A stretch of DNA of 64,000 nt from Clostridia bacterium. GTDB taxonomy: Bacteria > Bacillota > Clostridia > TANB77 > CAG-508. The first letter of the stretch is position 1. Every line of letters begins with the position of its first letter. The notes beneath the pieces were generated by a model. That model was not told the origin of the DNA and ran no database searches. It saw nothing but the letters and a program-made list of their open reading frames with translations. The stretch spans positions 2,200 to 66,199 of the forward strand of contig CAADUZ010000024.1 of the NCBI GenBank assembly GCA_900752335.1, written 5' to 3'. The position numbers were made by a program, and so were the translations under genes. Shown piece after piece: positions 20,051 through 29,268 of the stretch.

Positions 20051-20794
20051 TTATTTTTCTTTCATATTACTTTTACAGTTTTCATTAGTAGTAATACATT
20101 TTTCCTCTGGCATTTTGAAACTCAAATACCAATTTATTCCATTTCTGTTTTTTTCAATTTCTTTATTTCTTTCTAGTAATTCATTAAAAGTTTTAGGTGG
20201 TGGAACAATTACGGGCTCTCTTGGTATCCAATTTGCTGCAGTCATAGCGTTTGAGCAGTCCGACATTTGAAGTGCTTGAACTATTCTTACTATTTCTGGT
20301 ATAAACCTTCCAATATTCATTGGATATATCAAAATTGTTCTTATTATGCCTTTATCGTCTACAATATATACGTTTCTTACTGTTTCCGTATTACTTATAT
20401 CACTTGAAAACATGCCATATTTTCTAGCTATTTCTCCATTTCTATCTGCTATTATTGGGAATGGTATTCGTATTCCTGTTTTGCAATATATATCATAAAC
20501 CCACGCTAAATGAGAACTATTACTATCCACACTTAAGCCCATTAAACAAGTATTAATATTTTCAAAATATGTATTTGCCCTTGCAAATGCTATCATTTCG
20601 CTTGTGCAAACAGGTGTAAAATCCGCTGGGTGAGAGAATAACACAAGCCATTTTCCTTTATAATCATTTAGTGAAATATTCCCCATAGTTGTTACAGCTT
20701 CAAAATCTGGAGCTCTTTGCCCTATGCGCACATTTCCGTTCATCATTATTTCGTAATCCATAAAAATATAACTCCTTTCAATTATCAAACTCAT
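20051..20794 (-). CDS. peroxiredoxin (Prx6-like, 1-Cys type)
   Basis: FSHPADFTPVCTSE peroxidatic Cys motif. True start probably the internal MMNGNVRIGQRAPDF. Confidence 0.8.
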   Translation of the reverse strand: MSLIIERSYIFMDYEIMMNGNVRIGQRAPDFEAVTTMGNISLNDYKGKWLVLFSHPADFTPVCTSEMIAFARANTYFENINTCLMGLSVDSNSSHLAWVYDIYCKTGIRIPFPIIADRNGEIARKYGMFSSDISNTETVRNVYIVDDKGIIRTILIYPMNIGRFIPEIVRIVQALQMSDCSNAMTAANWIPREPVIVPPPKTFNELLERNKEIEKNRNGINWYLSFKMPEEKCITTNENCKSNMKEK

Positions 20795-20979
20795 GAAATT
20801 TTCTTTTAATTTGTATATTTTATGAATTAAGCTTAATTTATGTTACATAACAGCCATGAAATCTCTATTTTTCTTTCTATATAATCTTATGATTTAGAAA
20901 AGTAGTAATTATTTTTAATTAATTGTTGATTTATGCATCTATTTAATATATAATCATCTCGAAAATATTTGGAGGAAAT

Positions 20980-22209
20980 ATGTTGTTACTATTCTATATA
21001 ATTATTTTTGTAGAAATATTTACTATACTATATAATATTTTTAAATTTTTAAAGATACTAGTAAAGAAAAATGAATTAGACCTTCAGTTATATAGTAAAG
21101 ATTTGCAAATAAATATTTTGATTCCTTGTTATGAAGAAATAAATGTTATTAAAAGAACTATAGAACATTTTAATAACATTACAAAAAACATGAAGAATAT
21201 TAATATCTATGTTATTACAACTAATAAAGAAAAATATGAAAATCGCCTAAAAGAAACTACATATGAATATTTAATGAAATTAGATATAATGAAACAAAGA
21301 AATATTCATATAATAAATTATCCTATGAAAAATGGATTTATGGCTGATCAATTAAATTATGGGATAGCTAAAATATTAGCAGGCTCTATCTTTACACATG
21401 ATAAAATTTATTTCTCAATATATAATGCAGATAGCTTGCCAGACCCAAATACTTTTTCTGAACTTATATCCAAAATAATAAAATATAATTATCCTAAAGT
21501 TCTTCAGCAATATAGCAATTATTATCTAAATTATAATAAGCAAAATTTCATTATGAAAGGTTTTGCAATGTATCAAACTGCATTTGAATTAAGAAATGGT
21601 TTAATAAATAATAAATTATGCAGATTTTTATATTCCCATGTAGTCGGTCATGGTCTTACAATAAGAGCAGATTATATTACTGAAATAAACGGTTTTACGA
21701 ATACTGTATGGTGTGAGGATATATATATTACTGGATTACTCTTTAATAATGGTATAAATATAATCCCATTAAATTCGATGGATAATGCAGAGAATCCTGA
21801 AAAATTATCAGTTCAAATAAATCAAAATGCTGTTTGGTTTAAGACAGCTTCACATCCAGCAAAAACATTAAATGACATAAAAAAAGATTATAAGATTACA
21901 AGATATGGCATTATTTGGTTGTTTCATGAAATAAGAGCAACTTTTATTTGGATTTTTATGCCGATATTTTTAATATATTCATTTATTTATCCTACTATTA
22001 TACTAAATTCTAAATTATTAATACTTGCAATATGTAGTTATTTAATATTTTGCTTTGTTAATTATACTTTAAATTTAATAATAGTATGTAAAGAAAAATT
22101 TAAAATTTATTTAAAGGATTATTTTGCTCTAATTTTTTCTATTATGCTTACAGGAATCGGTCCAGCCAAATCATTCTTTTTAAAGGAGAAAAAGAAAACT
22201 CCACGCTAA
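20980..22209 (+). CDS. family 2 glycosyltransferase with N- and C-terminal TM segments
   Basis: 409 aa; INILIPCYEE GT2 N-terminal motif, DxD-like YNADS, C-terminal multi-TM region. Confidence 0.6.
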   Translation: MLLLFYIIIFVEIFTILYNIFKFLKILVKKNELDLQLYSKDLQINILIPCYEEINVIKRTIEHFNNITKNMKNINIYVITTNKEKYENRLKETTYEYLMKLDIMKQRNIHIINYPMKNGFMADQLNYGIAKILAGSIFTHDKIYFSIYNADSLPDPNTFSELISKIIKYNYPKVLQQYSNYYLNYNKQNFIMKGFAMYQTAFELRNGLINNKLCRFLYSHVVGHGLTIRADYITEINGFTNTVWCEDIYITGLLFNNGINIIPLNSMDNAENPEKLSVQINQNAVWFKTASHPAKTLNDIKKDYKITRYGIIWLFHEIRATFIWIFMPIFLIYSFIYPTIILNSKLLILAICSYLIFCFVNYTLNLIIVCKEKFKIYLKDYFALIFSIMLTGIGPAKSFFLKEKKKTPR

Positions 22210-22310
22210 CATTCTCTGTAAAAGGTAAAATCATTTCTTGGTATTCTATTTCTAATAGAATACCAAGAAATGATTTTTATATTATATTTGCAAATACTAA
22301 ACAATAAATA

Positions 22311-23189
22311 TTAATTTAGGTTCCAATCTTCAATTATTCTTTTGTCGATATTTAAATTTCCATAGCCAATTCCTAATTTTCTATCTTTCTTCTTATCCCC
22401 ATGGCAGTCAGAACCTCCAGACATTAATATTTTTTTGTCTTTGCAGTAATTATACAGCGTATCTATTTGTAATTGTGAAAAAGAACTATGATATACCTCT
22501 ATCCCATCTATTAATTCTTTATCTATGATTTTATTTAAGAAATTAATATGGTTACTTAAATTATACTTATATAAATGTGCTAGAAAAATCTTTCCATTAT
22601 GTTTATGTATAAGCTCTTTTACAGACTCAAGTGTTGGCATTTGTTTACTAAAATCTCTATATAACGGAAAGTTTCTATCTACCGTACATGTTCTAAAAAA
22701 TATTCCGCAGTCATTCCATTGCTCATTTGTAAAAAATTTTTTGTTTCCTGGAAATTTAATAATACTATTATAAATAACGTCTACAGGATATTCTGTGTCT
22801 GGATTATACTTGAGGTTCTCTTCTATTTTTATATCCTTTTCATTACATATTCTAACAAAATCTTTAAACTCTTCAATTAATCTATTTCTATTTTTGGCCT
22901 CACTATAATAGCTTTCCAACCAGTTTTGAACTGAATGTAAATCAAAGTCATATGCTAAAACTTCAATCTTTGTTCCTTCAAATGTGCAGTTTAATTCAGC
23001 TCCAATAATTAATTTTCCTTTATAAATATTTTTAAGTTCAGGATTTTGTTCAATTTCAATATATGATTTCGCTGTATCGTGATCAGTTATAGAAAATGCG
23101 TCTAATTTTAATTTTTGCGCATTTTCAAGTAATTCTTTTGTACTCCATGTTCCATCTGAATTTGTTGTATGTGAATGCAAATCAATCAT
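22311..23189 (-). CDS. PHP-domain phosphoesterase
   Basis: MIDLHSHTTNSDGTWS...FSITDHDT is the PHP N-terminal metal-binding motif. Confidence 0.75.
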   Translation of the reverse strand: MIDLHSHTTNSDGTWSTKELLENAQKLKLDAFSITDHDTAKSYIEIEQNPELKNIYKGKLIIGAELNCTFEGTKIEVLAYDFDLHSVQNWLESYYSEAKNRNRLIEEFKDFVRICNEKDIKIEENLKYNPDTEYPVDVIYNSIIKFPGNKKFFTNEQWNDCGIFFRTCTVDRNFPLYRDFSKQMPTLESVKELIHKHNGKIFLAHLYKYNLSNHINFLNKIIDKELIDGIEVYHSSFSQLQIDTLYNYCKDKKILMSGGSDCHGDKKKDRKLGIGYGNLNIDKRIIEDWNLN

Positions 23190-23880
23190 CGTTTATTTCT
23201 ATTTCCTTTCCTTTTAATTTTAAAAATCTGCTAACTTCATTTAAAACTTCTTTTTCATTTTTATTATTTGTATCAATTAATTTAAATCTATTTTGTTTAT
23301 CTAAATCAGAAAGTTTTTTGAAAAATTCAATTTGTTTTATAATTAAACTAGAATCTATCCATTCATTTTCAGATAATTTTTGTCCTCTTTCTCTTTGCCT
23401 AATTGCATTTCTCCTTATCACTTCTTCCGGACTTGCTTGTAGCCACAAATATAGGTCTGGAAATCTTAAACCTTTTTTAGTTATCATATTACAAAATTTG
23501 TTATATAAATCTCGTGCATTTGTATAAATTCCTGGCCAGTTTTTTATACTTTCGAAAGAATATGCAACAGATATTATTTCTAATACACTTCTATCCATAA
23601 AAACAGCTTCATGATTTTGTGACAATCTGACAGCCTCTGTTAGTCTCTCTAATTCTAATTTAAAAAAGAATTTTTGATTATTTTTTTCTTCCTCTATAGT
23701 TTCAGGGATTGGTGGAATATTAGGATATTTGGCTTGATTTTGTCTTGCAAAAATGCTGGCACCAGGAATAATTGCAATGTCTTCCATTTCTCTTTGTAAA
23801 TTCTCACATAATGTTGTTTTTCCTGCATTTGAAGTTCCATCTATAACAATTATTCTTCCCATATTAATCAAACTCCACAA
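23182..23880 (-). CDS. P-loop kinase, deoxynucleoside kinase-like
   Basis: IVIDGTSNAGKTTL (Walker A) and MDRSVLE (dNK ERS-like motif); overlaps both neighbours. Confidence 0.55.
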   Translation of the reverse strand: MWSLINMGRIIVIDGTSNAGKTTLCENLQREMEDIAIIPGASIFARQNQAKYPNIPPIPETIEEEKNNQKFFFKLELERLTEAVRLSQNHEAVFMDRSVLEIISVAYSFESIKNWPGIYTNARDLYNKFCNMITKKGLRFPDLYLWLQASPEEVIRRNAIRQRERGQKLSENEWIDSSLIIKQIEFFKKLSDLDKQNRFKLIDTNNKNEKEVLNEVSRFLKLKGKEIEINDD

Positions 23881-24304
23881 TTACTTCTTTTATCATTCTT
23901 TCTAATTCTTCTAAATTTCTGGCAATTTTAAATTCCATACAACCCTCTATCATTAAATTGTCATCTCCAGTATAATCTAAAGCTCTAGTATCCGTTTTAA
24001 ATCCTATACACTTAATTCCCCAAGCGTATGCCATTCCTAATTCAACACAGCCGCCTTCATCTGGCACTCTTCCATTTAAATCAAAAATTAATAAATCAGA
24101 GTTCTTTATACATTTAATATCACTCTCAAAAATCATTTTATTAATTTTCCTCTTGTTACCAGTATCTATTTTTTCATATGCAAGTCCTGCTTCATCTTGA
24201 GGCAAATATACAAAGTATCCTTTACTTTCTAGCCATTTTTTCATTTTTTCATTTTTATTCAGTTCCCAATCATTAAATAATGGTGCAGCATAATATATCT
24301 TCAT
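23864..24304 (-). CDS. nucleoside 2-deoxyribosyltransferase / DNPH1(Rcl) superfamily protein
   Basis: 146 aa; N-terminal KIYYAAPLFN (YxAGPxF-like) and catalytic-Glu motif DEGGCVELGMA (compare DSGTAxEIGxA). Confidence 0.65.
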   Translation of the reverse strand: MKIYYAAPLFNDWELNKNEKMKKWLESKGYFVYLPQDEAGLAYEKIDTGNKRKINKMIFESDIKCIKNSDLLIFDLNGRVPDEGGCVELGMAYAWGIKCIGFKTDTRALDYTGDDNLMIEGCMEFKIARNLEELERMIKEVIVEFD

Positions 24305-24320
24305 CCCTTGATATTCCTTT

Positions 24321-24992
24321 CTACTTCAAAATTTTATATTTTTCATTTTCATCAAAAGCATCTATATCCTCTTTTCTTTTTATGAAACCAATTACTATAT
24401 ATGTTATTGGCGTTAATATAATTTCTAATGTTACTTTTAATATATAGACATTTAACATTAGGTTCAGCATTTTACTTAAATCTAGCTTTCCCAAAAATGC
24501 GATTGGTATAAATAATAATGTATCTAATCCTTCTCCAACTAGTGTAGACGTTACGGTTCTTAATCCTAAATACTTTCCTTTTGTTTTTACTTTTATTTTA
24601 GACAAAATTATTGAGTTAGTAAAATTTCCAAGTAAGTAAGAAATAAATGAAGCTAATAAAATTCTAGGTGTATTACCTAAAATATTCTGAAATTCACGCT
24701 GCATCGTAAAAGATTTATCTTCTGGAAACCAAATTACAATTCCGAAAATTATAACCATTATTAAATTACAAAAGAATGAAATCCAAATAACAAATTTTGC
24801 CTTATTAAAGCCGTAAACTTCTGTAAAAATATCGTTTAATATATATGTAAATGGAAAAAGTAAATCTCCCGCTGTAAATATTAATCCAAATATATTAATT
24901 GTTTTTACGGTAACAATGTTTGAAATTAATAGAAATGTAATATTTAAACTACATAATATAATAAATAGTCTAGTATATTGCTCTTTTTTCAT
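24321..24992 (-). CDS. YhhQ/Vut_1 (DUF165) family queuosine-precursor transporter
   Basis: 223 aa, 6 TM helices; LISNIVTVK… and FPFTYILNDIFTEVYG match the YhhQ conserved block (FPFIFLATDLTVRIFG in E. coli). Confidence 0.7.
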   Translation of the reverse strand: MKKEQYTRLFIILCSLNITFLLISNIVTVKTINIFGLIFTAGDLLFPFTYILNDIFTEVYGFNKAKFVIWISFFCNLIMVIIFGIVIWFPEDKSFTMQREFQNILGNTPRILLASFISYLLGNFTNSIILSKIKVKTKGKYLGLRTVTSTLVGEGLDTLLFIPIAFLGKLDLSKMLNLMLNVYILKVTLEIILTPITYIVIGFIKRKEDIDAFDENEKYKILK

Positions 24993-25651
24993 TTTATTTT
25001 ATCAATCACTTCCTTATCAATTATTTCTGCATATTTAATATTAAATCCTCTTCTTATAAAAAAATCTCTGTTATAATTCGCATCTAATAAATCAAATATT
25101 GCAAATTTAACTTTTAATTTTAGATACAAAGCGACAGATAGCCTATGAGCCCCATCTATAATTTCCCCATTTTTTGTTATTGGAATAATTGTTTTATCTA
25201 TTCCATGCTCTTTTATATCATTTATTAAGATGTCAAATCTTTTTATAAATTCATCAGGTCCACTTTTTTTACCATCCGGTTCCAAAAAATTATTAAAAGA
25301 TTTTATATGATTCGTATATATTTTCTTCGCTAACATATAATTATTTCTCTCTAGATAATTTTTCACATAGTAATATTTAATAAATACGTCATATCTATAT
25401 TTACTAATTAAATTAGTTGAATTAGCTTCAAAAATTCTTATTTTATTTCTTTTCTTTAATAAAGATAGAATATAATCATTATCTAGCAAATTCTTTAATT
25501 CTAAATATGAGATGGTTTCTAGATATTTAGAATTTTTGATTGGAATGTTTTTGTCTTTTTTGTTATTATCTCTTAAACTTTCAAATCTGATATATCCCAT
25601 TCCTTTTATATTTTCACAAATTTTCTTTTTCCTATTTGCATTATACCTCAT
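24989..25651 (-). CDS. ParB/Srx-fold (ParB-like nuclease domain) protein
   Basis: 220 aa; ITKNGEIIDGAHRLSVAL resembles the DGxHR motif of the ParB/sulfiredoxin/DndB superfamily. 4-bp overlap with yhhQ-like. Confidence 0.5.
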   Translation of the reverse strand: MRYNANRKKKICENIKGMGYIRFESLRDNNKKDKNIPIKNSKYLETISYLELKNLLDNDYILSLLKKRNKIRIFEANSTNLISKYRYDVFIKYYYVKNYLERNNYMLAKKIYTNHIKSFNNFLEPDGKKSGPDEFIKRFDILINDIKEHGIDKTIIPITKNGEIIDGAHRLSVALYLKLKVKFAIFDLLDANYNRDFFIRRGFNIKYAEIIDKEVIDKIK

Positions 25652-25767
25652 AAGAATCCTTTTTCATTATATTCCCAATTACATTTTTTCTTATAATAAA
25701 ACCCTATGAAAATTCACATACAGATAAATAGCATAATTATCTTATGCTATTTATTATATATCAAGAC

Positions 25768-27354
25768 TTATATCCTTGTAAATAAAGGTTCTATGCCCTC
25801 TAATTTTAGGCCTGGTTTAGGTTCTATTAATTTCCAGCTTTTTTCTTGCAAACCTAAATATTTACGTATTTTCTCGCATGCATTTGGCATAAATGGTTCA
25901 AATATATTTGCTAAATTTGCAATTATTACACTACATGTGTATATAGTGTTGTTAAATCCTTCTATATCTTCTTTTTTCTGTACCCAAGGTTTTTGCTCGT
26001 CATAGTACTTATTTGCTGTTTCTACTAATTGCATTGCTATATCACTTGCTGTTTTAAATTCTAACTTTTCTATGTTTTCTCCTACTAATTTATATGTTTC
26101 TTCTATTTTTTCCTTTATTTCTTCGTCTAACTTACCTTGTGGTACTTCTTCTAATTCTTTAAATTTTAGCGTTCTATTTACTAAATTTCCAAATTTGTTT
26201 AATAGTTCTCCATTGTTTGTTGCAATTAATGCCTCTATGGTAAAGTTTGAGTCTTTTTTCTCTGGTCCATTATTTATCAAATGGAAACGTAATGGATCTA
26301 CGCCATATTTTTCTACTAATTCTATTGCTGGTGTTCCATTTCCTTTGCTTTTTGATATTTTTTCGTCATTTATATTTAAGTATTCAGAAGAAACTACTGT
26401 GTTTACTAAATGGTAATTATCTTTCATTGCCATTAATAATGCGTTGAATATGATACTATGGAATACTATATTGTCTTTACCATGTACCATGTATATAGTT
26501 GGGCTGTATTCTTCTTTCCAAAATTCTTCCCAATTTTTTCCCAATTCTTCGCATTTTTTCATAGTTGCTGTTATATATCCAAGTACAGCTTCTATCCACA
26601 CATACATTTTTTTAGTTTCATATCCAGGTACCGGTATATCTACACCCCAGTCCAAATCTCTTGTTACTGCTCTATCGACTAATCCTTGTTTTAGATATTT
26701 AGCTGTTTCATTTTTTGCGTTTACTCTCCAAAGTGAGTTGTTTTTTTCTACATACTCTTCTATATCTTTTTGGAATTTAGATAATTCTAAATACAAGTTT
26801 TTATTATCTTTTAGAACTATTTTTTCTTTACATTCTAGGCAAATTCCTTCTTTCATATCTTCTATAGTAGGTACATATTGGCAATTATCGCATTGTTCTG
26901 CTTTTGTAGTTTGTCCACATTTTGGGCATGTTATTTCAAGCTCTCTATCTGATAGGAACTTTTGGCAATGTTCACAATATGCTTGTGGTTCTATTTTTTC
27001 ATATATATATCCATTATCATACATTCTTTTAAACATTTTCATAACTTCTTGTTTATGAAAATCTGTTTCTGTTTTAGTGTATAAGTCATAAGAAAAATCA
27101 AATTTTTCCAATGTTTCCTTATCTCTTTCATGATAATATTCTGCAATTTCTTTTGGTGATTTTTTTTCTTTTTTAGCTCTCTCTGTTATTGGTGTTCCGT
27201 GGCAGTCTGTTCCAGAAACATACATTACGTTATCTCCCTGCAGTCTAAAATATCTAGCAAGTATATCTCCTGATATTAAACCTGCTATGTGCCCTAAATG
27301 TAAGTCGCTATTTGCATATGGCCATGCGCCACCTATCAATATGTTTTTGCTCAT
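25768..27354 (-). CDS. metG: methionine--tRNA ligase (short form)
   Basis: 528 aa; HLGH (GHIAGLISGD region), CxxC zinc knuckles, KMSKS-like KISKSKGN. Confidence 0.9.
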   Translation of the reverse strand: MSKNILIGGAWPYANSDLHLGHIAGLISGDILARYFRLQGDNVMYVSGTDCHGTPITERAKKEKKSPKEIAEYYHERDKETLEKFDFSYDLYTKTETDFHKQEVMKMFKRMYDNGYIYEKIEPQAYCEHCQKFLSDRELEITCPKCGQTTKAEQCDNCQYVPTIEDMKEGICLECKEKIVLKDNKNLYLELSKFQKDIEEYVEKNNSLWRVNAKNETAKYLKQGLVDRAVTRDLDWGVDIPVPGYETKKMYVWIEAVLGYITATMKKCEELGKNWEEFWKEEYSPTIYMVHGKDNIVFHSIIFNALLMAMKDNYHLVNTVVSSEYLNINDEKISKSKGNGTPAIELVEKYGVDPLRFHLINNGPEKKDSNFTIEALIATNNGELLNKFGNLVNRTLKFKELEEVPQGKLDEEIKEKIEETYKLVGENIEKLEFKTASDIAMQLVETANKYYDEQKPWVQKKEDIEGFNNTIYTCSVIIANLANIFEPFMPNACEKIRKYLGLQEKSWKLIEPKPGLKLEGIEPLFTRI

Positions 27355-27436
27355 AAAAACCTCCTACTATTTTAATATGAATTTAGATAAATTATAGCAA
27401 AGTAAAATCTACTTTGCTATAACCTTTTATATTTTA

Positions 27437-27775
27437 TTAAACTTTATTCCAAAACCAGTCTAAACTGTTGTCTATGCTCTTTTTCTTTTTAACTTTTGCT
27501 TCTATATCATCTACCCATAAATATGCTATAAATGAAAGTAGTACAAAAATTAAGTCAAATACCATTGTAAAGGTTATATCTGAAAGTACGTCTGCTGTAA
27601 GTGTTGTTCCTGTTGTATACATTATTGTGTGTATTACTAGTAACGCTACAAACACAAAAAGCATTATAGCTGTTATGATACTCTTTTTGGTTTCCTTTGC
27701 AAGTATTATAATAAGAGCAAATAATAGTGTTACTATTAATAGTGTTAATGGATTAGTGAAATTTATCATTGGCAT
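27437..27775 (-). CDS. small hypothetical membrane protein
   Basis: 112 aa, three hydrophobic helices. Confidence 0.4.
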   Translation of the reverse strand: MPMINFTNPLTLLIVTLLFALIIILAKETKKSIITAIMLFVFVALLVIHTIMYTTGTTLTADVLSDITFTMVFDLIFVLLSFIAYLWVDDIEAKVKKKKSIDNSLDWFWNKV

Positions 27776-27799
27776 ATCTAAAACCCTCCCTTTTATATA

Positions 27800-29194
27800 T
27801 TAATTTAATTTTTTTTCAATAAGTTTTGCTAGGTCTTTAGCTTTTGTTTCTAGTACTTTTTTATCTGTGCCTTCTATCATTACTCTTACTAGAGGTTCTG
27901 TTCCAGAAGGTCTTATTAAAACTCTGCCATTTCCTGAAAATTCTTCTTCTAGTTTTTCTATTGCTGCTTTTATTTCGTCGTCTTTTTCATAATCGTATTT
28001 TTTATCTCCTGCAACTTTAGCATTAACTAAAACTTGAGGATATATTTTTATTATATCACAAACTTTTGAAGCTGGCATATTTTTTTCTAAAATTATTTTT
28101 GTTAGCATTAATGAAGTTAAAATTCCATCTCCTGTTGGATTATAGTCTAGCATAATAATATGTCCTGACTGTTCTCCACCAAGATTATACCCTTCTTTTA
28201 GCATTTTTTCAAGTACATATCTATCCCCAACTTTAGTTTCTTCAAAATTCACGTTATTAGCTTCTGCATATTTTTTTAAGCCTAAATTGCTCATTACTGT
28301 AGCAACTACAGTGTCTTTATTTAATTTTCCATGTTCTTTCATATAGTTAGAAAATACTGCTAAAAGAATATCTCCATCTATTTCGTTTCCGTTTTCATCA
28401 ACAGCTAGGCATCTGTCCCCGTCGCCATCATACGCTATTCCTAAATTACATTTGTTTTCCACAACATATTTTTTTAACACGTCTAAATGAGTTGAACCAC
28501 AGTTGTCGTTTATATTTGTTCCATTTGGTGTCTTATTCAATATGTAGTGTTTTATTCCAAGTGCTGTAAATACTTTTTCTGCTACAACCGAAGTTGCACC
28601 ATTTGCTGTATCTATTGCTACTACGAAGTTTGAAGTATCTAGGTTTTCAAAGTCTTCTTCAAAATTCTTTCTAAAGAAATATACATATTCGTCAAGTAAA
28701 TCTGTTCTTATTTCAGATACCCCTATTTTATCATTAACTGCTGAAAAATCGTCTAATTTTCCAGAGTCCATTACTTCTTCTATCTCTTCTTCAAGTTCGT
28801 CTGGAATTTTCATTCCTTTATTGCTGAAGTATTTTACACCATTGAATTCATAAGTATTATGTGATGCAGATATAACTACACTTGCATCTGCTTTTAGTTT
28901 TTTTGTAAGGTACGCTACACCTGGTGTTGGAAGCACACCTAATATCTTTACATTTGCACCATAGCTTAAAAATCCTGCTACCATTGCACTTTCTATTAAT
29001 GTTCCTGATATACGTGTATCTCTACCAATTAATATTGTTGGCATGTGGTCAGTATGTTTTGATAAAACATATGCCCCTGCTTTTGCAACTCTATATACTA
29101 AATTAGGTGATAATTCAGTATTTGCAATTCTTCTAATTCCGTCTGTTCCGAAATATTTTCTCATTTTTGCCTCCCTTTGTCCTATACAAGACAT
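27800..29194 (-). CDS. glmM: phosphoglucosamine mutase
   Basis: KYFGTDGIRRIAN; active-site SASHNTYEFNGVKYF. True start probably MRKYFGTDG (about 29164). Confidence 0.9.
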   Translation of the reverse strand: MSCIGQREAKMRKYFGTDGIRRIANTELSPNLVYRVAKAGAYVLSKHTDHMPTILIGRDTRISGTLIESAMVAGFLSYGANVKILGVLPTPGVAYLTKKLKADASVVISASHNTYEFNGVKYFSNKGMKIPDELEEEIEEVMDSGKLDDFSAVNDKIGVSEIRTDLLDEYVYFFRKNFEEDFENLDTSNFVVAIDTANGATSVVAEKVFTALGIKHYILNKTPNGTNINDNCGSTHLDVLKKYVVENKCNLGIAYDGDGDRCLAVDENGNEIDGDILLAVFSNYMKEHGKLNKDTVVATVMSNLGLKKYAEANNVNFEETKVGDRYVLEKMLKEGYNLGGEQSGHIIMLDYNPTGDGILTSLMLTKIILEKNMPASKVCDIIKIYPQVLVNAKVAGDKKYDYEKDDEIKAAIEKLEEEFSGNGRVLIRPSGTEPLVRVMIEGTDKKVLETKAKDLAKLIEKKLN

Positions 29195-29268
29195 ATTATA
29201 CTATATATTATAAAATATGCAAGCATTTGTACTATTGTAAAACAAAATGTGATATTTTACAATAGTTT

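Noticed and set aside
20795-20979. Possible PerR box (tagtaattatttttaattaattg) upstream of the peroxiredoxin gene
   Set aside because: The region is uniformly AT-rich. Resemblance to TTATAATNATTATAA is weak and cannot be told apart from background without a scoring matrix.
27355-27436. T-box leaders upstream of metG and argS (30973-31047), and a glmS ribozyme near glmM
   Set aside because: Intergenic spaces are only about 75-85 bp, too short for a T-box (about 250 nt) or a glmS ribozyme. No specifier-loop or T-box consensus seen.
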